NCBI RefSeq assembly: GCF_001194135.2
Contig: NC_069001.1
Span: 29,971,676 to 30,026,675 of the forward strand
Reading direction: 5' to 3'
Source of the DNA: Octopus bimaculoides
Taxonomy: Eukaryota
Length of the DNA: 55,000 nt
The notes under the pieces are model-generated. The model was not told the DNA's origin. It saw only the letters and a list, made by a program, of their open reading frames with translations, and ran no database searches. The number at the start of each line of letters is the position of its first letter. Within the stretch, counting starts at the first letter, position 1. A program made the translations under genes and the position numbers. Shown here one piece after another: positions 13,101-24,410 of the stretch.

Positions 13101-13390
13101 CATCCTTTTGGTTTCTAAATTCATTGTTCTAAATTCACTTTTGTTTACTATTTTATATTTTATGTTTTATATGTTTATACAAAAGCAACTAGAATTCTTC
13201 CTCCTGGAGATTTGTAAATTATATGTTGCACTAACCAACACAGATTCGGTATGAAAATGTATAAGAAATAAATAATGACATACAAGAGCGTTTGCCATCA
13301 AAGTGTCTCTCGATATCACTTATTATACATTTCTGTGAAATGCACTAAAGTAAAGTCATTTTTCAGTAATCTATGACAGAATAATTTGTT

Positions 13391-13418
13391 TGACGTCAAT
13401 CAGAAGTGTCTGACGTCG
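13391..13418. promoter_or_regulatory. Paired CRE/ATF-type sites upstream of the PLE ORF
   Basis: TGACGTCA at 13391-13398 and TGACGTCG at 13411-13418, 20 bp apart. Function not shown. Confidence 0.3.
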
Positions 13419-13527
13419 CTGAATATTATTCAATAAAACTAATTACGATAGAGACTGTTGAGTGTATATTTATGTATTTCTTCTCTATTTAGCTAAGCAC
13501 GTTTGGCTTTCTTGCATCGTCTATATT

Positions 13528-13910
13528 TATGTCATTAGACTGCAGCCATACTGGACTATCGCCTTGAATTTTTAGTTGAATGGATATATCCTAGTACTTA
13601 TTCTTTAAGCCTGGTATTTATTCTATCAGCTCTTTGCCGAACAGCTAAGTTACGGGGACGCAAACACATCAATATCGGTCGTCAAGTGATGTTGAGTCGA
13701 CAAACACAGACACACACACATAGATATTTGAATATACATATATATCCGATGGGGTTTATTTCAATTCCTGTCGACCAATCCATTCACAAGGCTTTGGTCG
13801 GCTCGACGTTACAGTAAAAAGACTTGCCAAGTTTCCACGTAGTGGGACTGAGCATGGAACCAAGTGTTTGAGACTCAAGCTTCGTACCACACATCCACAC
13901 CTGCGCCTAT
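13528..13910 (-). mobile_element. Composite CORE SINE, full span
   Basis: Reverse of the family: gccgaacagctaagttacggggacg ... cacaaggctttggtcggc ... gacttgccaag ... gtaccacacatccacacctgcgcctat. Confidence 0.85.
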
Positions 13911-14035
13911 GCGGCAATATATACCTCTTCCATTATCTGTTATATATAGCCTACCATACATGATATTCGGTGATATGTTTACATATTTTTATAACATGTT
14001 GAAACATCTATGTAACAAGACATGTACTAGTCATG

Positions 14036-14447
14036 TGTGGTCAGAAGTTTGCTTCCCAAGAAAATGGTTCCATGTTAAGTCCTAGTGTGATACCCTGGAC
14101 AAGAATCTTCTACTATAGCCGCAGGCTGACCAAGGCCTTGTGAGTGAATTTGGTAGACTAAAACTGAAAGACATCTGTTGTGTATGTATGTATGTATGTA
14201 TGTATGTATGTATGTATGTATGTGTGTGTGTGTGTGTGTGGTGGATGTGTGTGCGTGTAAGCGGTCAGCGTTTGTCCCACAACCATTCATTGAGAACCGA
14301 TGTTCGTAAACTAGCGGTTCGAAAAGAGTGATGGTTAAAATAATTTTTAGGCTTTCAAACAATAAATCCTGGTACGGGTTTGTTCGACGCAATGTGGAGC
14401 TCCAGCATCGCCGCATACTCGTCATTGAAACAAGTAAAAAATGAAAT
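14036..14447 (+). mobile_element. Composite CORE SINE with (TATG)n(TG)n core
   Basis: gtgtggtcagaagtttgcttccc ... ctactatagccgcaggctgaccaaggccttgtgagtgaatttggtagac ... ctagcggttcg ... gctccagcatcgccgca ... gaaacaagtaaaa. Confidence 0.85.
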
Positions 14448-14454
14448 AACATAT

Positions 14455-14590
14455 ATAAGGGCTTATTCGTGTAAGCCTCGTACTTACTATATCTATGTCT
14501 TTTCCCGAACCGATAAGTTAGGGAGAGCTAAACGCACCAACACCCGTTGGCTAGTGATGGTGGGACGACAGACACAGACGCACAAACATA
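14455..14590 (-). mobile_element. 3' half of composite CORE SINE
   Basis: gtaagcctcgtacttact...tttcccgaaccgataagttagggag...caccaacacc. Confidence 0.7.
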
Positions 14591-14608
14591 TATACATACA
14601 TATATATG

Positions 14609-14646
<38 letters not shown>

Positions 14647-14692
14647 ATATATATATATGCAATATATATATATATATATATATATACAGTGG

Positions 14693-14830
14693 AGGCGTAA
14701 TGGCCCAGTGGTTCGGGCAGCGAACTCGCGGTCGTAGGATCGCGGTATCTGTTCCCAGACCGAGTGTTGTGAGTGTTTATTGAGCGAAAACACCTATAGC
14801 TCCACGAGGCTCCACCAGGAGGTGATGGAC
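14693..14830 (+). mobile_element. 5' part of a different tRNA-derived SINE
   Basis: ggaggcgtaatggcccagtggttcgggcagcgaactcgcggtcgtaggatcgcggtatctgttcccagaccg (tRNA-like A box, decayed B box), then gtgtttattgagcgaaaacacc. Confidence 0.75.
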
Positions 14831-14919
14831 TGAACTGAACCGTATCTAATCTGTACAAATAATAACTCACTCACGAATGGTGATTCCACTATTTCCCCTC
14901 ATGGGTGTACGCACATCTG

Positions 14920-15092
14920 CCGATGTAGCTTGGCGACAATGACGTCGCAGCACATTTCTACAGCTACGTGAAGTGGAGCAACGTGAAATTAAGTGTCTTC
15001 CTCAAGAACACAACACACATCCCTGTTTCGGAATCGGACACATTAATTCATGATTGTAAGCCTGACTGTCTAACCACTGAGCCATGTGCCTT
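14920..15092 (-). mobile_element. tRNA/CORE-type SINE
   Basis: Reverse of head (ctaaccactgagccatgtgcc) plus CORE (gaagtggagcaacgtgaaattaagtgtcttcctcaagaacac). Confidence 0.8.
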
Positions 15093-16942
15093 GACCATCT
15101 ACAATGCTATTTCACAGTGTATTAGATGACTTACGTAATTTAATCAAGGTTATTGTCAAGCATATTTTACGTATCTGAAAGCCTTCGTCGTGTGTTCTAG
15201 AGGTACTCACTACACATTTCATTTCTCGAACACTTCTCTGTGTATTTAGGATAGAAAATACAGGAGTGACATCTTTCCACACTGTCAAAGACACAGCCTA
15301 GAATTTCTCATAGTTACTAAAGTTTAAACTAGTCCTATATCTATTGAAATATTGTATCAACTCAGGAATTTGAAAACCAAAGGCATGAGCATCGCTGGAC
15401 CGAAGCTTAGTAGTAGTAGTAGTAATAATAGTAGTAGTAGTAGTAGTTATTGGTGTAGCAGCAGATGTGGTGGTAATTTTGCCCTCATCATGATCAGCAA
15501 TAACTGCAGCAGCAACGGTACATGTGACTGCTTCCGTGGGAGTGCGATGGTGTTGTTGTTATAGATTTTGTTGTTTCGCAAGATTCCCATAATTTCTTGC
15601 CCCATATAGAAACGTTCACCATATTGTCTTTTAAATGGATATCTTAAAATGTACTATTATATGATATCGTGCGCGAGATTACTTTATTTTATTTATTTAT
15701 TTATATAATCTTTTCTGTTAGTCAAGGGAAAATCTTATAGATTTCAACCACAGCCAAACAAATTTCACACCGATTGCCATATGAAGAATTTCCTGCGTCA
15801 GTGTAGTTGTAAGAACCGTAGATAATAAGCAAAGAATTGACTGCAACGAGCATTGGAATAATTAATGAATACGTTCAAGTGTTTATATTTGCATTGGGTT
15901 CCAATGATGAAAAGACTATTTGAAGATATTGACAATCACTGCGATCAGTAATTCGCAGTATTTCTTCTACATAACTGCATTTTTCATTCAGAGCAATTTA
16001 TACGATTCAGTGACTGATTTAGCTATCCATTTACTTTTTACCGTTATTGTAAATAAACATATTTCTTGTTGATTTCCAGGTCTTAAGAATGTAGTGGATG
16101 GCCAAATGTGGAATAATCTCACAATAATTTGTATACACTCCGAAACAATTTCTTTCAAAACTTATCCATGTGTCTTTTTTCTGAATGGAAAATTACTTTA
16201 TGTAATATATATATATATATATATANNNNNNNNNNNNNNNNNNNNNNNNNNNNNNNNNNNNNNNNNNNNNNNNNNNNNNNNNNNNNNNNNNNNNNNNNNN
16301 NNNNNNNNNNNNNNNNNNNNNNNNNNNNNNNNNNNNNNNNNNNNNNNNNNNNNNNNNNNNNNNNNNNNNNNNNNNNNNNNNNNNNNNNNNNNNNNNNNNN
16401 NNNNNNNNNNNNNNNNNNNNNNNNNNNNNNNNNNNNNNNNNNNNNNNNNNNNNNNNNNNNNNNNNNNNNNNNNNNNNNNNNNNNNNNNNNNNNNNNNNNN
16501 NNNNNNNNNNNNNNNNNNNNNNNNNNNNNNNNNNNNNNNNNNNNNNNNNNNNNNNNNNNNNNNNNNNNNNNNNNNNNNNNNNNNNNNNNNNNNNNNNNNN
16601 NNNNNNNNNNNNNNNNNNNNNNNNNNNNNNNNNNNNNNNNNNNNNNNNNNNNNNNNNNNNNNNNNNNNNNNNNNNNNNNNNNNNNNNNNNNNNNNNNNNN
16701 NNNNNNNNNNNNNNNNNNNNNNNNNNNNNNNNNNNNNNNNNNNNNNNNNNNNNNNNNNNNNNNNNNNNNNNNNNNNNNNNNNNNNNNNNNNNNNNNNNNN
16801 NNNNNNNNNNNNNNNNNNNNNNNNNNNNNNNNNNNNNNNNNNNNNNNNNNNNNNNNNNNNNNNNNNNNNNNNNNNNNNNNNNNNNNNNNNNNNNNNNNNN
16901 NNNNNNNNNNNNNNNNNNNNNNNNNNNNNNNNNNNNNNNNNN

Positions 16943-16975
<33 letters not shown>

Positions 16976-17207
16976 CCCTTCCTATTATGCACAAGTGTCA
17001 CTGAATGCTGGAAAGGACGAGGAGATAGACGGCCGACAATTGACGAACGGTTCTTTCTCTGTGGTAACGTATCCTGATTACCACTTGTCTTCTAGTTGTT
17101 TACGTATACCACCTCACTTGCACAGTTGGTGACATCCTGTACCTATATATGCACGTGTATATATATTATTTATCATTTCAATGAACGTGACGCATTCATT
17201 TCCAAGT

Positions 17208-17247
<40 letters not shown>

Positions 17248-17792
17248 TATTCATATACAATATGTTGTAATATATACACACATCTATGCAGACATACGTA
17301 TAACACTGTGGAGATATGGTTATATTCGCCTCTGTGTATGACTTCGTGTATGTATGCGCAGACGACACCTGTATTATTAAACTTATTCATTTGAGAAAGT
17401 GTTTTATTTACTTAGCTTTTATGAATTCATTTCATTTAGTGATGAAGGTGGAACTGCCATTTTTTTTATTTTCACATCTGTTCCTGTGTCATGTCAACCA
17501 AACATTACAAGTATCGCTATTCATTTCCTGTCTTTTGAGAGGAATCGATCGATCAGAAGTTCTTAATGGAAACTCCAACAGTTACATATCTCACGAACGC
17601 ATTTCTACTCAACGATTAAATCTTATTTTTCATCATACCGCGTGACGTCGTCTCCGTGTTTATCCAGTTCCGAATAATGCTGGAAGTGTTTTCTCATTGC
17701 TTGATTTCTTAATAACACACATTCCCCATATGTATGGAGACATTTATGCATACCGACATGTTTATATATATTTATGCGGGCGTATGAGCTTC

Positions 17793-17936
17793 ATAGGCGC
17801 AGGCAAGGCTGTGTGGTAAGAAGCTTGGTTCACAACCACATGGTTCTGGGTTCAGTCCAACAGCGTGGCGACATGAGCAAGTGTCTTCTACTATACCCCC
17901 ATGCCGTTTGGTAGGCGAAAACTGAAAGAAGCCTGT

Positions 17937-17938
<2 letters not shown>
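17793..17938 (+). mobile_element. 5' half of composite CORE SINE running into (TA)n(TG)n and a gap
   Basis: ataggcgcaggcaaggctgtgtggtaagaagcttgg...ggttctgggttcagtcc...gagcaagtgtcttctactata...aactgaaagaagcc. Confidence 0.85.
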
Positions 17939-18009
<71 letters not shown>

Positions 18010-18395
18010 NNNNNNNNNNNNNNNNNNNNNNNNNNNNNNNNNNNNNNNNNNNNNNNNNNNNNNNNNNNNNNNNNNNNNNNNNNNNNNNNNNNNNNNNNNN
18101 NNNNNNNNNNNNNNNNNNNNNNNNNNNNNNNNNNNNNNNNNNNNNNNNNNNNNNNNNNNNNNNNNNNNNNNNNNNNNNNNNNNNNNNNNNNNNNNNNNNN
18201 NNNNNNNNNNNNNNNNNNNNNNNNNNNNNNNNNNNNNNNNNNNNNNNNNNNNNNNNNNNNNNNNNNNNNNNNNNNNNNNNNNNNNNNNNNNNNNNNNNNN
18301 NNNNNNNNNNNNNNNNNNNNNNNNNNNNNNNNNNNNNNNNNNNNNNNNNNNNNNNNNNNNNNNNNNNNNNNNNNNNNNNNNNNNNNNNNNNNNNN

Positions 18396-18471
<76 letters not shown>

Positions 18472-18500
18472 TATTATTATTATTATTACTGTTGTTGTTA
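18396..18500. repeat. (TAT)n trinucleotide microsatellite
   Basis: Near-pure TAT run next to an N gap. Confidence 0.95.
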
Positions 18501-19155
18501 TTCAATATTTTGATTTTAGATGATATTCTATATGAATAATTACTGCTGATAGGAAAAATCATTGCAGAAGAGGAATTATTAATCAATCTAGTATTTAATT
18601 GCTAGGTATAATTAGGTTTCTAATTGTCACATTAGAAAATACACATAACTTGATTAACATCGAATTGGAGGCTGTTATTTTTGTTCGGAGAAACTATCAG
18701 CTTAATGAGTACTATCGCTCTAATTATCATTGGCATCATTTATCATTATCAAAAATGTAATTAGTACTCTTTATGCTGTTGCTGTTGTTGATGATGGTAC
18801 TTATGTTGTTCTTGTCGTTATTCCTGTCCTAGTTTTATATTACTCAGTTATTAAGTGTTCCAGCCCCAAAACGTGATTAACAAAAAAAAAACAGTTAAGT
18901 AAACCTCGACGGGAGTTTATACACGATGGAGCATCAATTTGTTTATATGTTTTTCTTCTTGTTTGTGTTGTTTGTTTTTTACAATGTAGAGATACTTACA
19001 TTGATCTACGAGCTGATCTATGATCGAACGTGCCTTAATTATTACCACCTTTAAAGATGACCTTGCTGTGGAAATGGAGTTTCTGTGTAAAGTTCCACAC
19101 CCTTACAGATTATCACCGTATCAATAGCAGTTTCGTTCGGGTTTTCGAGTATTAA

Positions 19156-19225
<70 letters not shown>

Positions 19226-19469
19226 TAACATAGATATTGAGAAAGGAACAGAAAATTTTAAACGTGTAAATAAAATTGAAACAATAGTGTTGTGCCTCAA
19301 TTATATATGTCCATGTTCTGTTAAAATCCGATTACTCAAACATTAGTAACGTCACGCATTCTGTTATTTTACATCACGTAACGAGGCTTAACCCATTTCT
19401 AACATTCCGTGACTCTTCCTATTAGTTAAAAATGTTCGCAAAAGGACAGCAATGCTGTCGATGAAATCC

Positions 19470-19568
19470 AAATCTTTGGTCGGCCCGAGGCTATAGTAGA
19501 ACACAGTTGCACTAGTTGCCATGCAGTGAGATTGAATCTAGGACGGTGTGGTTGGCAAGCAAACTTCG
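19470..19568 (-). mobile_element. Composite CORE SINE 5' fragment abutting the mariner left TSD
   Basis: ctttggtcggcccgaggctatagtagaacacagttgc...gtgtggttggcaagcaaac. Confidence 0.75.
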
Positions 19569-19570
19569 TA

Positions 19571-20897
19571 CAGGGTATCCATAAAGTCTCTTTACAATTT
19601 CAAAGATTTATTACAAAGGCAATTGATGTGATATGTTTGTCAGATTTGTTCTATGTACTCAGTGGTAATCAGGGTTTTTATCCTCATTGAATTTGTGTGT
19701 TGCTCAGGTACCTTGTAGAGGGAAACTTTTCTGTTAAATCGAACCCTATAAATGTGGCTATTCCTCAAGAAAATGCACAATGGGTATTCTGGTATCCGGA
19801 AACAAAATTGGAAACGCAAACCAAGCGAAACTACAGGATTGAATATGGAAGACATCCACTGTCACGTCCATCAGTTCGTGCATGACACAAGAAATTTATA
19901 GGAACAATAAAAGTGTTGGATAGAGGAGTGGATGACCAAAATGATCTGAGGAATATATTGATCGTGTAAGACAATCCTTTGCTAGTTCCCATACAAAGTC
20001 CGTAAGTGCTGCTGCCAGACACTTACAGCTATCACGTTCTATAGTGCACAAAGTCCTACACAAGGACTTGTGATTGTACGCTCACAAGGTGAAATTCTTA
20101 CAGCTACTCGACCCAAATGATAAACCAAAACAAAATAAGTTCGCAGGTAACATGTTGGAACTTATGTCTGAGGATGCAGCATTCCTCACCCGAGATTTTT
20201 TTAGGGATGAGGCAACCTTTCAGGTTTCAGGGGAACTGAACACACATAATGTGAGGATTTGCGGATCAGAACACCCCCGGGCCACTATGGAATTTCATTG
20301 ACATAGAACAAAGGTGAATGTCTGGTGTAGGATCGAATCATTGCTGCGATCGAATCATTGGTCCATGTTTCTTCACAGAGAGATCAATTTCTACAGATAT
20401 TTACTTTTACGTTTGAGCGAATATGTGGCACCACAACAGGTTGACATTCAACCAACCATCATTTTCCATCAAGATGGTGCACCACAACATTGGGGGCTGC
20501 ACGTTAATGGGTTACTAAATTAAACATACTTGACCGGTGGATTCGAAGGGATGTCCCAATTCCCTGGCCATTTCGTTCCCCGGATATCACTCCATAAGCT
20601 TTTTTCTATGAGGTTATGTTAAACTCATCGTGTATCGAAGAAATGTACGAGGCATCAAAGACCTGGATCACTGATGCTATTGCTACCATTGATAAGGTTA
20701 TTCTACAGGAAAAATGGCAAGAAACTGATTACCGTCTTGATGTGCTTCGAGCACCTCACAGTGCCCATATAGAGATGTATTAAATTAGGCAAAAAATCTC
20801 CAATGTCTCCTCATTTTGTAATAATTTCCACAGGTTTATCTATTTATTTCCTTTTATAGCAAATTTTGGAAGTTATGAAGTGGCTATATGTACACCG
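19571..20897 (+). mobile_element. Full-length decayed Tc1/mariner element, DD41D (rosa/Visitor-type) group
   Basis: TA at 19569-19570, left TIR CAGGGTATCCATAAAGTCTCTTTACAATTTCAAA, diverged inverse copy at about 20864-20897 followed by TA; about 1.33 kb; transposase inside. Confidence 0.9.
19754..20783 (+). pseudogene. DD41D transposase pseudogene
   Basis: VAIPQENAQWVFWYPETK..YGRHPLSRPSVRA*HKKF; FFRDEATF (D at 20206), NTHNVRICGSEHP, KVNVWC, HQDGAPQHW (D at 20473), WPFRSPDITP*A (third D mutated to GCT at 20598; 125 nt from the second D, i.e. 41 intervening residues with a 1-nt deletion); ends GAHIEMY*-like at 20783. Multiple stops and frameshifts. Confidence 0.9.
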
Positions 20898-21794
20898 TAT
20901 ATATTGTTTACTTCGAACACAATTGCTCGACACTGTAAGTTTGGAGGACATGGTGGAGCCGGGTTGAATTTTATATCCCAAATTAATCTTGGACGAAATA
21001 CAGCTATGCATTTTGACCGGCGCTGCAAAGATTCTGCCAACTCGCTGACTTCCGTATCTCATTAAAAAGTCACAATTAACATTATTACCATCAGATTTAA
21101 TAAGCAACTTGTGTTTTCCCTCATCCTCGTTTATTCTGTCATTTCTCATTTGTTGCATTTTCGATTCACATTTTCTCCATTCAGATTTTTTGCTTTAAAG
21201 TTAAATATATGTCATTTATTCTGTGTTTGATGATCCGAACTGAGCAACATTTTCACACACATTTTGCTGTTTAAAATAGCATTACTGAAAATAAATGCGC
21301 AATCTTAACCATATTTTGTTGTCAAATTTCATTTACTTTCATTTTATATCCTGCTCCAAATCAGCCATTTGTTCTGTTTTTATTAAAGAGATTTCGTCTT
21401 ATCTTTGTCCCTACAGTTTTCTTTATCAAGTTTCTTTTGAAACAGCCAGCGCTAAGAAATGTGCGTTTTTTCCTAATCTGACTTATAGTTTTTGACGATT
21501 TTTTATTGATATTATTCTCTTATCTCTTCTCATTCTAGAAGCAACTTATGTAAGCCATCCTTTATATTTCCACTGCTTCTTTCTAATTCTTCATCACACT
21601 TCTGCCTTTGGTTTGTAATTACTTGATATATGCGTATCTATCTATCTATCTATCTATCTATATATATATATATATCTCTATATATATATATATGTGTGTG
21701 TATATATATATATATATGTGTGTATATATATATATATATGTGTGTATATATATATGTGTGTATATATATATATATGTGTGTATATATATATATA

Positions 21795-21825
<31 letters not shown>

Positions 21826-22231
21826 GTGTGTGTGAATATATTTACTTGTGTGTATGTTTGTGAATATATTTTTCTTTTTTTTTTTTTAGTGAATCACTGA
21901 GTGTTGGAATAATGATAGGAAATAGCAAAAACACTCGAAAATAAATATAGGTTATCCAAAATATATACGCAAATTAATATCCGTACGTTTTTCTCGGAAC
22001 AGAAATTTATGTTTCAGATAATCTCATATGCGAAATATAACTTATGATAGATAATGGTAAGTAATAACTGTAATATACAGTGTATTAAAACGGTAGAATC
22101 GGAAGATATGCGCACAGCAGAAATATCACTAGATATTTTATCATATTTCATGTAATACATTTTGTGCCATTTCTGAAATCCTCGAAATTAATTATGAAAA
22201 TGTTATTGAAATATAACAGAGATTAACATGT

Positions 22232-22456
22232 TTATTTCTTTACTGCCCACAAGGGGGCTAAACATAGAGGGGACAAACAAGGACAGACAAATGGATTAAG
22301 TCGATTACATCGACTCCAGTGCGTAACTGGTACTTATTTAATCGACCCCGAAAGGATGAAAGGCAAAGTCGACCCCGGCGGAATTTGAACTCAGAACGTA
22401 GCGACAGACGAAATACCGCTAAGCATTTCGCCCGGCGTGCTAACGCTTCTGCCAGC
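22232..22456 (-). mobile_element. Young-looking GGCGGCGAGCTGGCAGAA-family SINE, tail type 1
   Basis: Clean reverse copy: gaccccgaaaggatgaaaggcaaagtcgaccccggcggaatttgaactcagaacgtagcgacagacgaaataccgctaagcatttcgcccggcgtgctaacg. Confidence 0.92.
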
Positions 22457-22509
22457 ATGTTGTTATATTAATAAAAATTAATGAACATTTCATAAACATA
22501 TGGAATGAA

Positions 22510-23160
22510 TTACCAGGTTACACGCTTTTGAGAGAGGCCCCAAGCCCCGAAACCTGTAAAAGGAAGAAGAGAAAAAAAAGAAATGGGAGACGGTCAGGGG
22601 AAGGTACTGTGCCGCCGTCCGAACTCGTGACCCCTCTGGTGGGAAGCATGTCACCGGAGAAAGAGAAGCTGCCAGCGGAAACGGCGCCGCTGTCAGAAGA
22701 CTCTTCCTCTGAGGAGGGGAATATTATCCTCCTGTACATCAGGGGGAGGGAAGTGGAAAGGCTCTTCGATCGTGCATGCGTCCGGGAGAGATCCTTTTCT
22801 GCATGCCCAACAGCAGCAAGATGGCCCCCGGAGGTGGCCCCCGGAGGTGGCCACCTGCAATAAAATGAGCTATTTATATGTTACTAATGAAGTAGATTAT
22901 AACATCGACTCTTGCCTAATGTCAGCATCAGGTTTACTGATGGAAAAATATTGATTGTAAATCGTTTGAATTGTAACAAATTGAATTGTGAACCATAGTG
23001 AACAAAGGTTTTCGAGTGGTTGCCGATCGGTGGGCGTCGGCGCCCCTCTCATTTTTCATCTATGTCAATTTCTCATGTTGTCATTAATGTTTTTGTCCAG
23101 CCCTAGCCTCTGCTTCTTTTTGTAATGCCTTAATGGCAAATATTATGAAATAAAGAAGCT
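22510..23160 (+). mobile_element. GC-rich gag/ORF1-like C-terminal fragment plus 3'UTR-like segment of an unclassified retroelement
   Basis: Abrupt GC-rich island; open frame 22528-22863 (KRKKRKKR, P/S/E-rich linker, ending HLQ*); followed by a T-rich segment ending gaAATAAAgaag at about 23150. Family assignment is inference. Confidence 0.4.
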
Positions 23161-23825
23161 TATTTCCCTTTGCTTCACCGCGCATGAGCAAGAACAGAGT
23201 GGCTTTGTCAACCAAAGAGACAACTCGGATAACTATGGCTCTGTTGTAATTTTCAGTTTTCAAAGGATAATTAAGAACGCAGCTGGAAGGTAGGAGAGAT
23301 TTTGTTTTGGGGGTACATTGGGGCTATGTTATTGTATCGTTATTTTTTACAAATAGGGTATCACCGCTGGCCTCGAGGCATTTTTCCTCCTTTGGTTGCG
23401 TTTGTTTCGTTTTATTGAAGAACTATCGGTGGGCGTTGTCTAGCCGTAAGAATTCTTTTTACTTCTGTGTTTTTCTGGGGAATTTATTCTGAAAGACTTT
23501 TTTGTGTTTTGGCGAACATCTATTTTTATGCCTTAAAATCATTGTGGAGTACGTATAGTGAATTACCTAGGACTGCCAGGAGTTCGAATAGGCCAAGACA
23601 TTCAATTTGAACAACACGGTAAATTTAACCGCGTGGTAAATTCAGTTTATGAAAGGAAAAAAATTTTTGAAGAATTCACATTGGATTATACTACGAGCAC
23701 CAGTATTTGTAAACTAATTATTGGAATACACAGGTCTGGAGTTTAAACACGACAGAGGACAGACAATTTTAACTGTGAACTTATTTTTTCCTTTTTTTTT
23801 TTATTATTAATGCTTTTACAGTTAA

Positions 23826-24050
23826 AGATGAACAATAGACAAAATAATACTGCTTTGGTGTGGGAAATTGACCCACCCAAAGAGTGGGGGACTGATGTGG
23901 AAAGGAGGACGTTGGTTCTAAGGACTTATCCAAAGTCCTTGGGTACCATTGTCCCCTTCCTGAGGCCAGAAATAGAAAAGGAGCTGGCGGAGTACGTGCC
24001 GAAAATAAAGTATATCGCCAGGGGTTCCAAATATGCAACTCTATGGTTGG
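23826..24050 (+). mobile_element. ORF1-like N-terminal fragment, truncated by a SINE
   Basis: MNNRQNNTALVWEIDPPKEWGTDVERRTLVLRTYPKSLGTIVPFLRPEIEKELAEYVPKIKYIARGSKYAT; preceded by a strong acceptor (T-rich tract, ttttacag at about 23813-23820). Resembles repetitive ORF1-type sequences as I recall them; unverified. Confidence 0.4.
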
Positions 24051-24053
24051 TGA

Positions 24054-24203
24054 GTTCTGAGTTCAAATTCCACCACGGTCCACTTTGCCTCTCATCCTTT
24101 CGGGTCGATAAATTATGCACCAGTTACGCACAGGGGTCAATATAATCGACTTAATCACTTTGTCTGTCCTTGTTTGTCTCCATGTGGGCAATAATGAAAT
24201 AAG
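24054..24203 (+). mobile_element. 5'-truncated SINE, tail type 1
   Basis: gttctgagttcaaattccaccacggtccactttgcctctcatcctttcgggtcgataaat...tttgtctgtccttgtttgtc...gtgggcaataatgaaataag. Confidence 0.85.
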
Positions 24204-24206
24204 AAA

Positions 24207-24410
24207 ATTTAGTGCACTCGGCGAGATGCTGAGCAGTATTTCGTCTGTCTGGGGTTGATCTAATGCACTAGCCTCCTTCCAAAACATTTCGTGCCTTTTG
24301 CCTAGAGAAGAAAAGAATATTTATAGAGGTGGCGAACTGGCAGAAACGTTCGCACGCCGAGTTACGTTGTTAGCGGAACTTTCGTCTGTCTGGGGCCGAT
24401 CTGGCCTTCT
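24207..24410 (+). mobile_element. Two adjacent internally deleted SINE copies lacking B box and central domain
   Basis: Both read ttcgtctgtc directly into tgggg (junctions 24249/24250 and 24390/24391). Confidence 0.7.

Noticed and set aside
11500-13500. Hammerhead ribozyme expected near PLE termini
   Set aside because: I found no CTGANGA...GAAA core with supporting stems on either strand by eye; an Infernal search would be needed to exclude a degenerate one.
15903-16020. C/D-box-like ATGATGA...CTGA
   Set aside because: No terminal stem or recognisable guide sequence; such motifs are expected by chance in AT-rich DNA.
18999-19064. Minus-strand 66-nt open segment with GTAAGT donor
   Set aside because: It shares cgtagatca-type sequence with about 25330-25345, suggesting a dispersed repeat rather than an exon.
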